A DNA stretch of 64,000 bases from an uncultured Verrucomicrobiae bacterium (lineage in GTDB: Bacteria > Verrucomicrobiota > Verrucomicrobiia > Palsa-1439), in NCBI GenBank assembly GCA_963812605.1, contig CAWEWF010000001.1, positions 288,001-352,000 of the forward strand. The letters run 5' to 3'. Positions 1 through 9,967 of the stretch are shown here, piece after piece (the first letter of the stretch is position 1; each line of letters opens with the position of its first letter). The position numbers and the translations under genes were made by a program. The notes under the pieces are model-generated. The model saw nothing but the letters and a program-made list of their open reading frames with translations, had not been told where the DNA came from and ran no database searches.

Positions 1-1359
1 TCAACTGGCTCGAGCATCTCGGCGCAAACGGACTCGGCGGCATTCTGGCCGACGAAATGGGCCTGGGTAAAACAATCCAGGCACTCGCGTGGCTGGCGGC
101 GCGGAAAGGGGCGAAACCTTCGCTGGTGATTTGCCCGACAAGCCTGGTGACCAACTGGCAGGCCGAGGCCGCCCGGTTCACGCCGGGATTGAAAACGTTG
201 CTGTTGCACGGGCCAAATCGGCAGGCGCGATTCGCCGACATTGCGAGTCACGACCTGGTGATCACGTCCTATGCCTTGTTGCGACGCGACAGCGAACAGT
301 ATGCCCGATGGGAGTTCGACACGGTCATCCTCGACGAGGCGCAGCACATCAAGAACCGTTTCAGCCAGAATGCGCAGGCGACCAAGGCGCTGCGGGCGGC
401 GCGGCGCCTGGTACTCACCGGCACGCCGATGGAAAACTCGCTCGACGACCTCTGGTCGATCTTCGATTTCCTGATGCCGGGCTATCTCGGCCCGGCCAAG
501 GAGTTCCAGGACCGTTACGAGACGCCGATCGCGAAGACTGGTGACGCCGCGGCGTTGCGCCGGTTGCGGCAGCGACTGCGACCATTCGTGCTGCGGCGGA
601 CAAAGGCCGAGGTCGCGCCGGAATTACCGGCCAAGATCGAACAGGTCGCGCTGTGCGAGATGAGCGCGGAACAGCAGTCCGTGTATCAGGCGATCCTCGA
701 ACAGGGGCGGCGCGAGGTTTTCGAGCACGCCGGCAAAGGTGGCGAGGCGCAGCAGCGAATGACGGTGTTGACGACGCTGACCCGGTTGCGGCAGGCGTGT
801 TGTCATCTGGGACTGTTGCCGGCGCGTGACGGGAAAACGTGGAGCGAACCGTCGGCAAAACTGGAACTGTGCCTGGAGTTGATCGAGGAAGCGCGCAGCG
901 GCGGACATCGAGTGCTGGTTTTTAGCCAATTCGTGAGCCTGTTGCGGCTGCTGGAGACCGCATTACGGGCGCAGGAGATCACGTGGTGCTATCTCGACGG
1001 CGCGACGGTGGATCGCCAGGGCGAAGTGCGGCGGTTTCAGGAATCGCCGGACATTCCCGGTGTTTCTCATCAGCCTGAAGGCCGGCGGGACCGGGCTGAA
1101 CCTGACCGGGGCCGATACGGTCATTCATTTCGATCCGTGGTGGAACCCCGCCGTGGAAGAACAGGCGACCGCCCGCGCCCATCGCATCGGGCAAACGAAG
1201 ATCGTCACTTCCTACAAACTTATCGCGCAAGGTTCGGTGGAGGAGAAGATCATCCGCCTGCAGGAGAAGAAGAAGGAACTTATCGCCAACACGCTCGCGA
1301 CCGACGAAGCTTTTGTGCAATCGTTGACGTGGGATGAGTTGCAGGGTCTGCTGGAGTAA
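1..1359 (+). CDS. SNF2/SWI2-family helicase (5' truncated by window; one frameshift near 1056)
   Basis: Reading frame open from base 3: [33 protein letters not shown]; continues in ORF 1060..1359 with [36 protein letters not shown]. Confidence 0.95.
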
Positions 1360-1362
1360 GCC

Positions 1363-3232
1363 ATGGCCGCGCTCTCACCCGCTCTGATTTCCGCCAACGG
1401 ATTGGCCCTGGCCTACGGGGCGGCGCCGTTGTTGGAAGAGGTCACGTTGTCCATTGCGCCCGGTGAGAAGGTTGGGTTGGTCGGGCGCAATGGGTGCGGG
1501 AAGACGAGCTTGTTGAAAATTCTGGCGGGCGAAGTGACCGCGGATGCCGGGGAGATTTCGCGGCGGCGCGGGTTGCGGGTCGGTTATCTGCCGCAGGAAT
1601 TTGAACTCGATGGCAGCCGAACGGTGCAACAGAACATCGAAGCCGGCGCGGCGGACCTGTTGGACTGGATTGCGCGGTACGAGGCGGGCACCGGCGGTGA
1701 CGACGAGTTGGCGGAACTACTGCACCAGATCGAGGGGGCGGACGGCTGGAACCTGTCCTCGCGGATCAACGCCAGCACCACCGCGCTGGGCGCGCCGCCG
1801 CTGGAGGCGCTGGTCGGCCCGCTTTCCGGCGGCGAGAAACGGCGCGTGGCGCTGTGCCGGGCGCTGGCGGCGCAACCGGACCTGCTGCTTGTTGGACGAA
1901 CCGACCAATCATCTCGACGCGGAATCGATCCGCTGGCTTGAAGAATTTCTCCAGCGGTTTTCGGGCGCGGTGATTTTTGTGACGCACGACCGGTATTTTC
2001 TCGATGTTATTGCCACGCGGATCATCGAACTCGACGGCGGCCGGTGCTACTCGCATCCCGGCAACTACACGGCGTACCTGGAATCGAAAGCGATCCGGCA
2101 ACAGATCGCCGAGCAGTCGGAACGCCGCCGCCAGCGGTTTCTGCGGATTGAATTGGAATGGGTGCGCGCGGGTGTGCGGGCGCAACGGTCGAAATCGCAC
2201 CACCGGCTGGACGCGTTCTACCAGGTGGCCGGGCTGGAAGCGCCGCCGGAAGAACGCGAGATGGATTTGCTGATTCCGCCGGCGCCGAAACTGGGCAACA
2301 TCGCCGTGGATGTCGAGGAAGCCGGCGCGAAGGTGGGCGAACGCTGGCTCTTCCGCAACCTGACGTTCCAGTTGAAGCCCGGGCAATGCACCGGTGTGGT
2401 GGGACGCAACGGCGTTGGCAAGACCACGCTGCTGCGTCTCTGTCTCGGTGAGCGTGCGCCCGACGCGGGCAGCGTGGTTATCGGGAAAAAGGTGGTGTTC
2501 AATTACATCGACCAGGCGCGAATGCAGTTGACGGACACGAACACGGTGTTGAGCGAGGTGGCGGGTGGCAGCGACATGGTGGTGTTTGGCGGCCAGACGA
2601 TGAGCGCGCGGAGTTATTTGCGGCGGTTTCTGTTTGCCGACGACCGGATGAACGAGCCCGTGGAGCATCTCTCCGGCGGCGAACGCGCCCGGCTGATGCT
2701 GGCGAAGGTGCTAAAACGCGGCGGGAACGTGATCGTGCTCGACGAACCGACCAACGACCTCGATTTGCCCAGCCTGCGGATGTTGGAGGAAGCACTGGCG
2801 GATTTTGAGGGCAGCGTGCTCGTGGTCAGTCATGACCGGTATTTTCTCGACCGGATCTGCGACCAGATCGTGGCGTTTGAGGACGGCGGCGTGTTCGTCC
2901 AGCCCGGCAACTACTCGTATTACCTGGAGAAACGCCAGCAGCGCGAGCGGACGCCGGTGCGGGTCACGGAACCGATCGCGGTTGCAACTCAAGCGCCGCG
3001 TCCCCGCAAGCTGAACTTCAAGGAGCAACGCGAACTGGAAGGCATGGAAGCCGCGGTGTTGGCCGCCGAAACGCGCATCACCGACCTGGAGCAAACCTTG
3101 AACGAGCCCGGGTTTTACGTCACCCGCGCGAAGGAAGCGCCGGGTCTCGTTGCCGAACTCGCCGCCGCCAAGGACGAAGTGTCCCGTCTCTATGCCCGCT
3201 GGGCGGAATTGGATCAGGTCGGTCAGCCTTGA
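1363..3232 (+). CDS. ABC-F family ATPase (Uup-like); frameshift near 1890
   Basis: Two NBDs (GRNGCGKT/LSGGE/LDEPTN and GRNGVGKT/LSGGE/LDEPTND), inter-domain linker, C-terminal coiled coil ending YARWAEL; no TM segments. Confidence 0.92.
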
Positions 3233-3270
3233 AATTCTAGCTAGACTAGCCAGAATTCTTGTGGTATATG
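3233..3270 (+). promoter_or_regulatory. Putative vapBC promoter and autoregulatory operator
   Basis: Imperfect palindrome AATTCTAGCTAG-A-CTAGCCAGAATT (3233-3257) overlapping TAGACT(3242)-17 bp-TATATG(3265). Confidence 0.6.
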
Positions 3271-3277
3271 TTCGTAC

Positions 3278-3520
3278 ATGAAGGCTGTCTGGCAATTGCA
3301 GGAAGCGAAGAACCATCTGAGTGAACTGGTGGATCGAGCCGTTCGCGACGGCGCGCAGACCATTACCCGCCATGGACGACCGGTCGCCGTGGTTCTGGCT
3401 GCCAAGGCTTACGACAAACTTCAGCCGCGGAAAAAGATCGTGGACGTGTTGCGAGCCTGCCCGGACCAGGGGTTGACGGTCGAGCGACTGCGCGACAAAC
3501 CACGCTCTCTCGAGTTCTGA
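3278..3520 (+). CDS. Phd/YefM-family antitoxin
   Basis: WQLQEAKNHLSELVDRA...QTITRHGRPVAVV signature; directly upstream of PIN toxin. Confidence 0.92.
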   Translation: MKAVWQLQEAKNHLSELVDRAVRDGAQTITRHGRPVAVVLAAKAYDKLQPRKKIVDVLRACPDQGLTVERLRDKPRSLEF

Positions 3521-3543
3521 GCGGCGCGGACGCGAAAGTCAGC

Positions 3544-3954
3544 ATGAGCTACCTGGTCGACGCGAACGTGCTCTCTGAGGCCACCCATCGACAGCCCGAC
3601 GCGAAAGTTTTGACCTGGCTGGAACGTCACGATGCCGAGTTGCACGTCTCGACGTTGACCCTTGCCGAAATCGTCAAGGGCATTCATTTACTTGCTCACG
3701 GTAAAAAGCGGCGTGAATTGGAGGCATGGTTCGAGGAACTGGTGGCCAGTTTCGCCGGTCGTATCCTACCGGTGGACGAGTCTGTGGCCCGCGCGTGGGG
3801 CGCGTTCTACGCGAAGCACCAGCGCCGGGGACGGCTTCTCTCCTCATTCGACAGCCTCCTTGCGGCCACGGCACTGGTACACGGGCTGACGCTCGCCACG
3901 CGCAATGCCGGCGACTTCCCGGACGATGTGTCCGTGATAAATCCGTGGCAATAA
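3544..3954 (+). CDS. vapC: VapC PIN-domain toxin
   Basis: YLVDANVLSE, LAEI, DSLLAATA, LATRNAGDF acidic PIN motifs. Confidence 0.92.
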   Translation: MSYLVDANVLSEATHRQPDAKVLTWLERHDAELHVSTLTLAEIVKGIHLLAHGKKRRELEAWFEELVASFAGRILPVDESVARAWGAFYAKHQRRGRLLSSFDSLLAATALVHGLTLATRNAGDFPDDVSVINPWQ

Positions 3955-4025
3955 GTGAGCCCAACCATAAGAGCGCGGTAAGTGATCGACGCGATCCTTG
4001 TGTGGTAGAATGCGATCGATTTGCC

Positions 4026-5645
4026 ATGACTGATTTATCCCAGGAAATTGCGCGGCGGCGGACATTTGCGATCATCTCGCATCCGGATGCCGGCAAGACG
4101 ACATTGACGGAGAAACTGCTGCTTTATGGCGGGGCGGTGCAACTGGCCGGTTCGGTCACCCAGCGCAAACAGCAGCGCGCCACGACCTCCGACTGGATGG
4201 AACTGGAACGGCAACGCGGGATTTCGATCAGTTCGACCGTGTTGCAGTTTGAGTACGAGAATTATTACATCAATCTCCTCGACACGCCGGGCCACCAGGA
4301 TTTCTCCGAGGACACCTACCGGGTCCTCACCGCGGTCGATGCCGCGGTGATGGTCATCGATGCCGGCAAAGGCATCGAACCCCAGACGCGCAAGTTGTTC
4401 GCCGTGTGCCGGCAGCGCGGCGTCCCGATTTTCACCTTCATGAACAAGCTCGACCGGCCCGCGCGCGAGCCACTGGCCTTGCTCGATGAGTTGGAGAACG
4501 TGCTCGGCATCCACGCCAGCGCGATGAACTGGCCGCTGGGCAACGGCGTGGCGTTCAAGGGCGTCTTCGACCGCGTGCGCCGGCAGGTGCATCTCTTCGA
4601 GCGCACGGCGGGCGGCATGTACCGCGCGCCGGTCAGCGTGCGCGACCTGGCGGACCCGCAGGTGCGCGCGGTGTTGAGCGAAAAGGATTACGAACAGGTT
4701 TGCCACGAACTGGAGTTGCTCGACGGCGCGGGCGCGGTGTTCGACGCCGCGGCGGTGGGGGCGGGCCGGCTTACCCCGGTATTTTTCGGCAGCGCGGTGA
4801 ACAACTTCGGCGTGCAGTTGCTGCTGGACGACTTTCTGGAGCACGCCCCGGCGCCGACGCCACGGCGTTCGGGGGAGAACTGGATTACCCCGGAGACGGC
4901 GGCGTTCTCGGGATTCATCTTCAAAATCCAGGCGAATATGGACCCGCGCCACCGTGACCGGGTCGCTTTTGTGCGGATTGTGTCCGGCAAGTTCGAGCGG
5001 GACATGATGGCGATCCATACGCGGACTGGCAAGAAAGTGCGGCTCGGCAGTTCGCACAAACTTTTCGGGCGCGAGCGCGAAACGGTGAACGTCGCCTATC
5101 CCGGCGATGTCATCGGACTGGTGGGCCACGACGAGTTCGGCATCGGCGACACGCTCAGCACCGACCCGGCAATTCAATACGACGAAATTCCGCAGTTCAC
5201 CCCCGAGTGTTTTGCCTACCTGCGCAACCCGTCGCCCGCGCATTTCAAGCGGTTCCGCGCGGGACTCAGCCAGCTCCTGCAAGAACGGGTGGTCCAGCAT
5301 TTCGAGTTGCCGGATGCGGCGGAGAAAGTGCCGTTGCTGGCGGCCGTGGGGCCGTTGCAATTCGAGGTGGTGCAGTTCCGTTTGGAATCGGAGTACGGCG
5401 CCGCCTCGCGGTTGGAAGAGGTGCCGTGGAAAACGTTGCGATGGATTTCCCCGGCGGTTTCCGCTGAAGCGCTGGCGGCGGCGACGATCCCGACGGGGGT
5501 GCGCGTGGCGCTCGACAGCGCCCGGCGGCGAGCCCTGTTGTTTCCGAGCGAGTGGACGTGCGATTATTTTGTGCAGAAGAACCCGACGATCCCGATTTCT
5601 GCGTTGCCCTTCCGCGAGATGGCCAGCGGAACGACACCAGCTTGA
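4026..5645 (+). CDS. prfC: Peptide chain release factor 3
   Basis: RRTFAIISHPDAGKTTLTEKLLL, SDWMELERQRGIS, DTPGHQDFSEDTYR, KIQANMDPRHRDR. Confidence 0.97.
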   Translation: MTDLSQEIARRRTFAIISHPDAGKTTLTEKLLLYGGAVQLAGSVTQRKQQRATTSDWMELERQRGISISSTVLQFEYENYYINLLDTPGHQDFSEDTYRVLTAVDAAVMVIDAGKGIEPQTRKLFAVCRQRGVPIFTFMNKLDRPAREPLALLDELENVLGIHASAMNWPLGNGVAFKGVFDRVRRQVHLFERTAGGMYRAPVSVRDLADPQVRAVLSEKDYEQVCHELELLDGAGAVFDAAAVGAGRLTPVFFGSAVNNFGVQLLLDDFLEHAPAPTPRRSGENWITPETAAFSGFIFKIQANMDPRHRDRVAFVRIVSGKFERDMMAIHTRTGKKVRLGSSHKLFGRERETVNVAYPGDVIGLVGHDEFGIGDTLSTDPAIQYDEIPQFTPECFAYLRNPSPAHFKRFRAGLSQLLQERVVQHFELPDAAEKVPLLAAVGPLQFEVVQFRLESEYGAASRLEEVPWKTLRWISPAVSAEALAAATIPTGVRVALDSARRRALLFPSEWTCDYFVQKNPTIPISALPFREMASGTTPA

Positions 5646-5650
5646 GATTC

Positions 5651-6799
5651 ATGAAGATCCGCTTGCTCGGCATTTTCCTGCTGCTCACGATTACCGGACT
5701 GGCGGCCGAGCCGCGTTCCCCCGCGGTAATCGCCACGGGGTTCATCAACGAGCACGCGCCGTATCCGCAGTGCCATGCCTCGACCCTCGTCGAGGTGGCG
5801 CCCGGGAAACTGGTCGCGGCGTGGTTTGGCGGCATGCGCGAAGGCGCGCCCGACGTTGGCATCTGGTTGGCGCGGCAGGAAGAGGGACGCTGGCTCGATG
5901 CGGTCGAAGTGGCCAACGGCGCGCAGCCGGATGGCACGCGCCTGCCGACGTGGAATCCCGTGCTGTTCCGGCCGAAAGACGGTTCGCTGGTGTTGTTCTA
6001 CAAGGTCGGACCTTCGCCGAGCGCATGGTGGGGAATGATGATGACTTCCGTCGATGGCGGGAAAACCTGGAACAAACCCGTGCGGTTGCCCGCGGGCGTG
6101 CTCGGGCCAATCAAGAACAAACCGGTGCTTTTGGCCGACGGCACGTGGCTGTGCCCATCAAGCACCGAAAGCGACAAAGCCAGCTGGCAGGTGCATTTTG
6201 AACTCACACATGATGCGGGCCGCACTTGGGAGGTCGCTGGGCCAATTGAAAAGGGAAACAAATTATTGGATGCGATCCAGCCGACCGTGCTCTTTCATCG
6301 CGATGGCCGGTTGCAGGCCCTTTGCCGCACGCGCAATGGTGTCATCGCTACCATGTGGTCGAGTGACGGCGGAAAAAAGTGGAGCCCATTGGAGGCGGTC
6401 GGTTTGCCCAACCCGAATTCCGGCATCGACGCCGTCACGCTGGCCGACGGCCGCCAATTGCTGGTTTACAATCACTCCGCGCCGCCTCCGGATCGTCCCA
6501 CAAAGGGCGCCCGCTACCCGCTCGACGTGGCGATCTCTTCTGATGGCGTGAAATGGCAGCACGTTCTCACGCTCGAGGACGTGCCGAATGATAATGGTTA
6601 TGCCTATCCCGCCGTCATCCAAACGTCCGACGGCCTGGTGCACATCACCTACACGTGGAACCGCCAGCATATCAAGTACGTGGTGCTTGATCCGAAACAA
6701 CTCGTAGCGGGGGGAGAACCGACACGTTCCAAGACGGAGTTTGCCACCGAGTTGGGCCGGTATGCTTTCAAATCGCGGCTCATCCCACAAGCGCGTTGA
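5651..6799 (+). CDS. Secreted BNR-repeat sialidase-like beta-propeller protein
   Basis: Signal peptide; Asp-boxes SVDGGKTW, THDAGRTW, SSDGGKKW, SSDGVKW; CHASTL, GPIKNKP, YPAVIQ. Confidence 0.85.
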   Translation: MKIRLLGIFLLLTITGLAAEPRSPAVIATGFINEHAPYPQCHASTLVEVAPGKLVAAWFGGMREGAPDVGIWLARQEEGRWLDAVEVANGAQPDGTRLPTWNPVLFRPKDGSLVLFYKVGPSPSAWWGMMMTSVDGGKTWNKPVRLPAGVLGPIKNKPVLLADGTWLCPSSTESDKASWQVHFELTHDAGRTWEVAGPIEKGNKLLDAIQPTVLFHRDGRLQALCRTRNGVIATMWSSDGGKKWSPLEAVGLPNPNSGIDAVTLADGRQLLVYNHSAPPPDRPTKGARYPLDVAISSDGVKWQHVLTLEDVPNDNGYAYPAVIQTSDGLVHITYTWNRQHIKYVVLDPKQLVAGGEPTRSKTEFATELGRYAFKSRLIPQAR

Positions 6800-6837
6800 G
6801 TGCGGACTGGGAAGGATATGACAAACGCCAACGTCAA

Positions 6838-6865
6838 TTGCTTTTTCCTATAGGTCAGCTATAAT
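6838..6865 (+). promoter_or_regulatory. Putative sigma70 promoter of the FRG operon
   Basis: TTGCTT-16 bp-TATAAT, about 60 bp upstream of ATG 6926. Confidence 0.55.
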
Positions 6866-6925
6866 CGAAACTCGCAGGCAGTTTAGCGCCACGGCGCGCC
6901 GAGATGCCGCAAAAACAGAACGACC

Positions 6926-7741
6926 ATGCCAACGCCCACACCGCGTCGCCGTCGAGAAATTGCCAGAAGGTATCGTGACTGCCCCATTGATTGTCCTAGG
7001 CACTTCGATACGGAGATTGCTCGGTTGAGCGACTTTTTCAGTGTATTCCAGTCGCTCCTTGGACCTGGGAAAATTTTCTGGTTTCGAGGTCACGACAACA
7101 TGACGTACGAGTTGTCCCCCTCCGCACTTCGGTATGACACTGAACAAGAGCGAAACAAGGCCCTTGGGCTTGTGGCCGATATGAAGCGATTCTTGGGTAT
7201 GAAACTACTGCGACCCCCGGGACCGAATGACCATCTGGGCTGGCTGCAGGTAGCCCAACACAATGGACTCCCCACTCGACTTTTGGACTGGACGCAGAAT
7301 GCAGCCGTCGCACTCTTTTTCGCTTGCTGGAGGAAATCGGCGAAGAGACGGTCTCGTCGTTATTCTGGATCCGACCGAATTGAACCAGCGTGTAGATCCG
7401 AAAGATCCTCGCATTTTTGACAGTGAACGCGACTCTGCAGTTATTGAGCCGTACTTTGCCCTAGGGGAAAAATTAACCCGGGAGGCAAGCGCACGATCGC
7501 GTTGAATCCGACTTGGAACACCGACCGCATCGCTTTGCAGCAGGGGTACTTCACGCTCCATGGAAGTCGCCGCTTCCAGTTGGACAGAAAGCAAGCCAGT
7601 CCACTCTTGTATGTCCCGATTCTTCGCGAACACAAACCGGCACTTCTGAGTGAACTGGAGCGCGTCGGCATCGGCGAGATGTTTATCTTTCCAGAGCCCG
7701 AACACGTCTGTAGCCATCTACGGAGACTCGCCCAACTCTAA
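6926..7741 (+). CDS. FRG-domain protein (two apparent frameshifts, ~7335 and ~7485)
   Basis: WFRGH, AQHNGLPTRLLDWTQNAAVALFFAC, then RIALQQGYFTLHG and LERVGIGEMFIFPE across ORFs 6926..7420, 7263..7505, 7502..7741. Confidence 0.88.
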
Positions 7742-7748
7742 GGTACCT

Positions 7749-8910
7749 ATGGCAGATTACATTCCATTCCTCACCAGTCAAGCGGCGCTCAAACTCGTGA
7801 GAAACATTTATCACGACGCAGAAGTTGTGCATGTGCCCCTAGAGGCGGCAGCGAAGCTAATCCCAACTCCCGGCTCAATGAAACTATGGCTTGACTCTGG
7901 CGTAGATGGTTTCGACGACATTGCAAGTCGTCAGATGAATTCCCCTTGGTACCAACTCATCGCAAGTCCTCGTTTCGAATATCGCCAGCTCCGGATTCCT
8001 TAGTAAGTATAATAAAAATCAGGTCAAACAATTTGTCGAAGCGCTTCTGGATCAATGTAAGTCCTACAAACCAGCTTGGATTACCGTACCGCAGACTCCC
8101 TTTTGTGAACAACTCGACGCGGAACAAAATTAATCGCGCCCTCGCCCAAGCATCTGGCCAGTGGAAGAGTTCACGCAGCTTTTCTGGGCGGCTTATTCTT
8201 CCCATGGTCTTTACAAACCAAAATCAAGTTAATGGAAAGACCCACGCAATCCCAAGGTCGAGCAGGCCGCACGCTGTTACCATGAGGCACAAGCAGACGG
8301 TTTCTGGGTGGTGGACGCAAGCCTCGAAGATGACAGCGGTTCGAAGACGCTTCGCAATACACGATTTCCCGAGTTAGTCGCTCTACATCAAGAACTCAAT
8401 GACAAAATCCCATCCAAAATCAGGATCGGGGGCCCATACTGGGCAATGAATCTTGTTCTCTGGGCCAGAGGCCTTGTGGACCATCCGGCCATCGGCGTGG
8501 GAGGTGCTTACCGGTACAATTTGTCCGGTGGTCAAGCTAACACCCCCATTGTTCGCCTTGCGGTCAGCCCCTTGCGTCGCCGGGCTACCGTTCCGCAACT
8601 AAAGCCTTGGCTGGACCAAGCCCTTAAGATCTCAGGCCCTGGGCATCCTGCACACGCAGAGATCGACACACTCCGAAAAAATTTCGCACTTCTTAGCAAT
8701 CCGGAATCGGCTAGACAACAAGTAGCTACGTTTTACAAGCAGTGGTTCGATTCGCTCGCAGCGACACCGCGACTTGGTCGCTCGCTCGCACTCTTTCAGG
8801 ATCTCTCAACTGCTTTTGCTCTTGGCCGGTCACTACCAGACTTTTCAGGGGGAGGAACGTCACGAAGGCCGGAATCCGTGGTGGAACCACTAATGCTCAA
8901 CTGCCTTTAG
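7749..8910 (+). CDS. Uncharacterised ~385-aa alpha/beta protein, possibly TIM-barrel (about three apparent frameshifts)
   Basis: ATG 7 nt after the FRG stop; protein-like segments join across frames: KLWLDSGVDG...VKQFVEALLDQC..AWITVPQLPF...RLILPMVFTNQ...ADGFWVVDASL...IGGPYWAMNLVLWARG...LMLNCL. Confidence 0.65.
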
Positions 8911-9582
8911 GTGCGTCCTCCAAAACTTTTCGATACAGTAGAATTGGACAACATTATCTAGCATCGACGGCGGTTGTTGCGAGCGAATCAGAATATCACA
9001 TGACGACGGCGTGACCGCTAGTATACCTACGCCATCATTCAAAAATGCCTCCCATCGACTAGGCTTGTCGGCGACTCGACTGGCTAATTGTTCGGGGAGG
9101 GCGACGTATGATTCATTGGCGAATGCAAGATTGTTTCGTGCTTGCCACAATGCCTCTTCGACCCGCTTTAGTTTTAGCTCAACCGCCATCAGTCGCTTGT
9201 GCAATGGCATCCAGCCGTTTAATCTTTGAAGTCGGTCGCCCGATAAGCGCTGAATGAAACGATCAGTTACCAAGCGCTGAGTTTCTTGAAAAACAACGTC
9301 GCGAGGAATAATTGAAGCGCACTCTCGTGCCAACCGTTGCAGCGTAATAGACGCATGCGTGGCGGCATCCGGAATGCGATGTAAAAGTGCTGCACGCCTC
9401 ATCGAATTGATTGCACGCGTTTGACGGAGTTTTTGTCTGCGCTTGACGTTGCCTTTCCTAAAGCCTACGCCAACAAGATCGCACATTCCCCATGGCGTGA
9501 TAAACTCCGATTTGACGGCCAGATTCAACGATTGCATCCACTGCAAAACCGGCTTCATCATGTTAGCTTCGGCCTTGAACAT
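8890..9582 (-). CDS. PD-(D/E)XK-like nuclease with probable internal winged-helix insertion
   Basis: SEFITPWGMCDLVG ... AVELKLKRVEEALWQARNNLAFANESYVALP ... GVGILAV; ~95-aa insert between the D and ExK motifs; GGAGG RBS. Confidence 0.72.
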   Translation of the reverse strand: MFKAEANMMKPVLQWMQSLNLAVKSEFITPWGMCDLVGVGFRKGNVKRRQKLRQTRAINSMRRAALLHRIPDAATHASITLQRLARECASIIPRDVVFQETQRLVTDRFIQRLSGDRLQRLNGWMPLHKRLMAVELKLKRVEEALWQARNNLAFANESYVALPEQLASRVADKPSRWEAFLNDGVGILAVTPSSCDILIRSQQPPSMLDNVVQFYCIEKFWRTHLKAVEH

Positions 9583-9828
9583 TCATTTACCTCCTCTTAA
9601 TGAATGACGCTGCGCTTTGGACCGCAATTTTCTATGCCCATTTATTTCCGGGAGATCTCCCTGCTTCACCATTGCCTCAAGTGTTCGAGATACGACCCGC
9701 TCTGCCGCGTCTGCAGGATTTTTTCCATAAAAACCCTTCGCCACCAATCTCTCTAGGTAGGCATTTACCTGCGGAGTTGTTGAAATTGTAAGGGGGACTG
9801 TTCCGACACTGTTTTTCTTCCTAGGCAT
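9583..9828 (-). CDS. Small ribbon-helix-helix-like regulator/antitoxin
   Basis: TVPLTISTTPQVNAYLERLVAKGFYGKNPADAAERVV fits beta-helix-G-helix RHH pattern; its TGA abuts the nuclease ATG; palindrome CATTATAATG (9837-9846) containing TATAAT upstream. Confidence 0.65.
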   Translation of the reverse strand: MPRKKNSVGTVPLTISTTPQVNAYLERLVAKGFYGKNPADAAERVVSRTLEAMVKQGDLPEINGHRKLRSKAQRHSLRGGK

Positions 9829-9967
9829 AACAATGACATTATAATGGCTTACTTATCAGAATAACGCAACGCAATTCTGCTATATTGTTGAGCTATTCCA
9901 GTCTAAATTGTGGGTCCCGGTAGCTCGTGTCGAGACAAGTCAGATGGCAAACACGAGAACAACAGAA

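Noticed and set aside
6700-9960. att sites, integrase or tRNA target for the island
   Set aside because: No flanking direct repeat, recombinase or tRNA found by eye; foreign origin is inferred only from composition and gene content.
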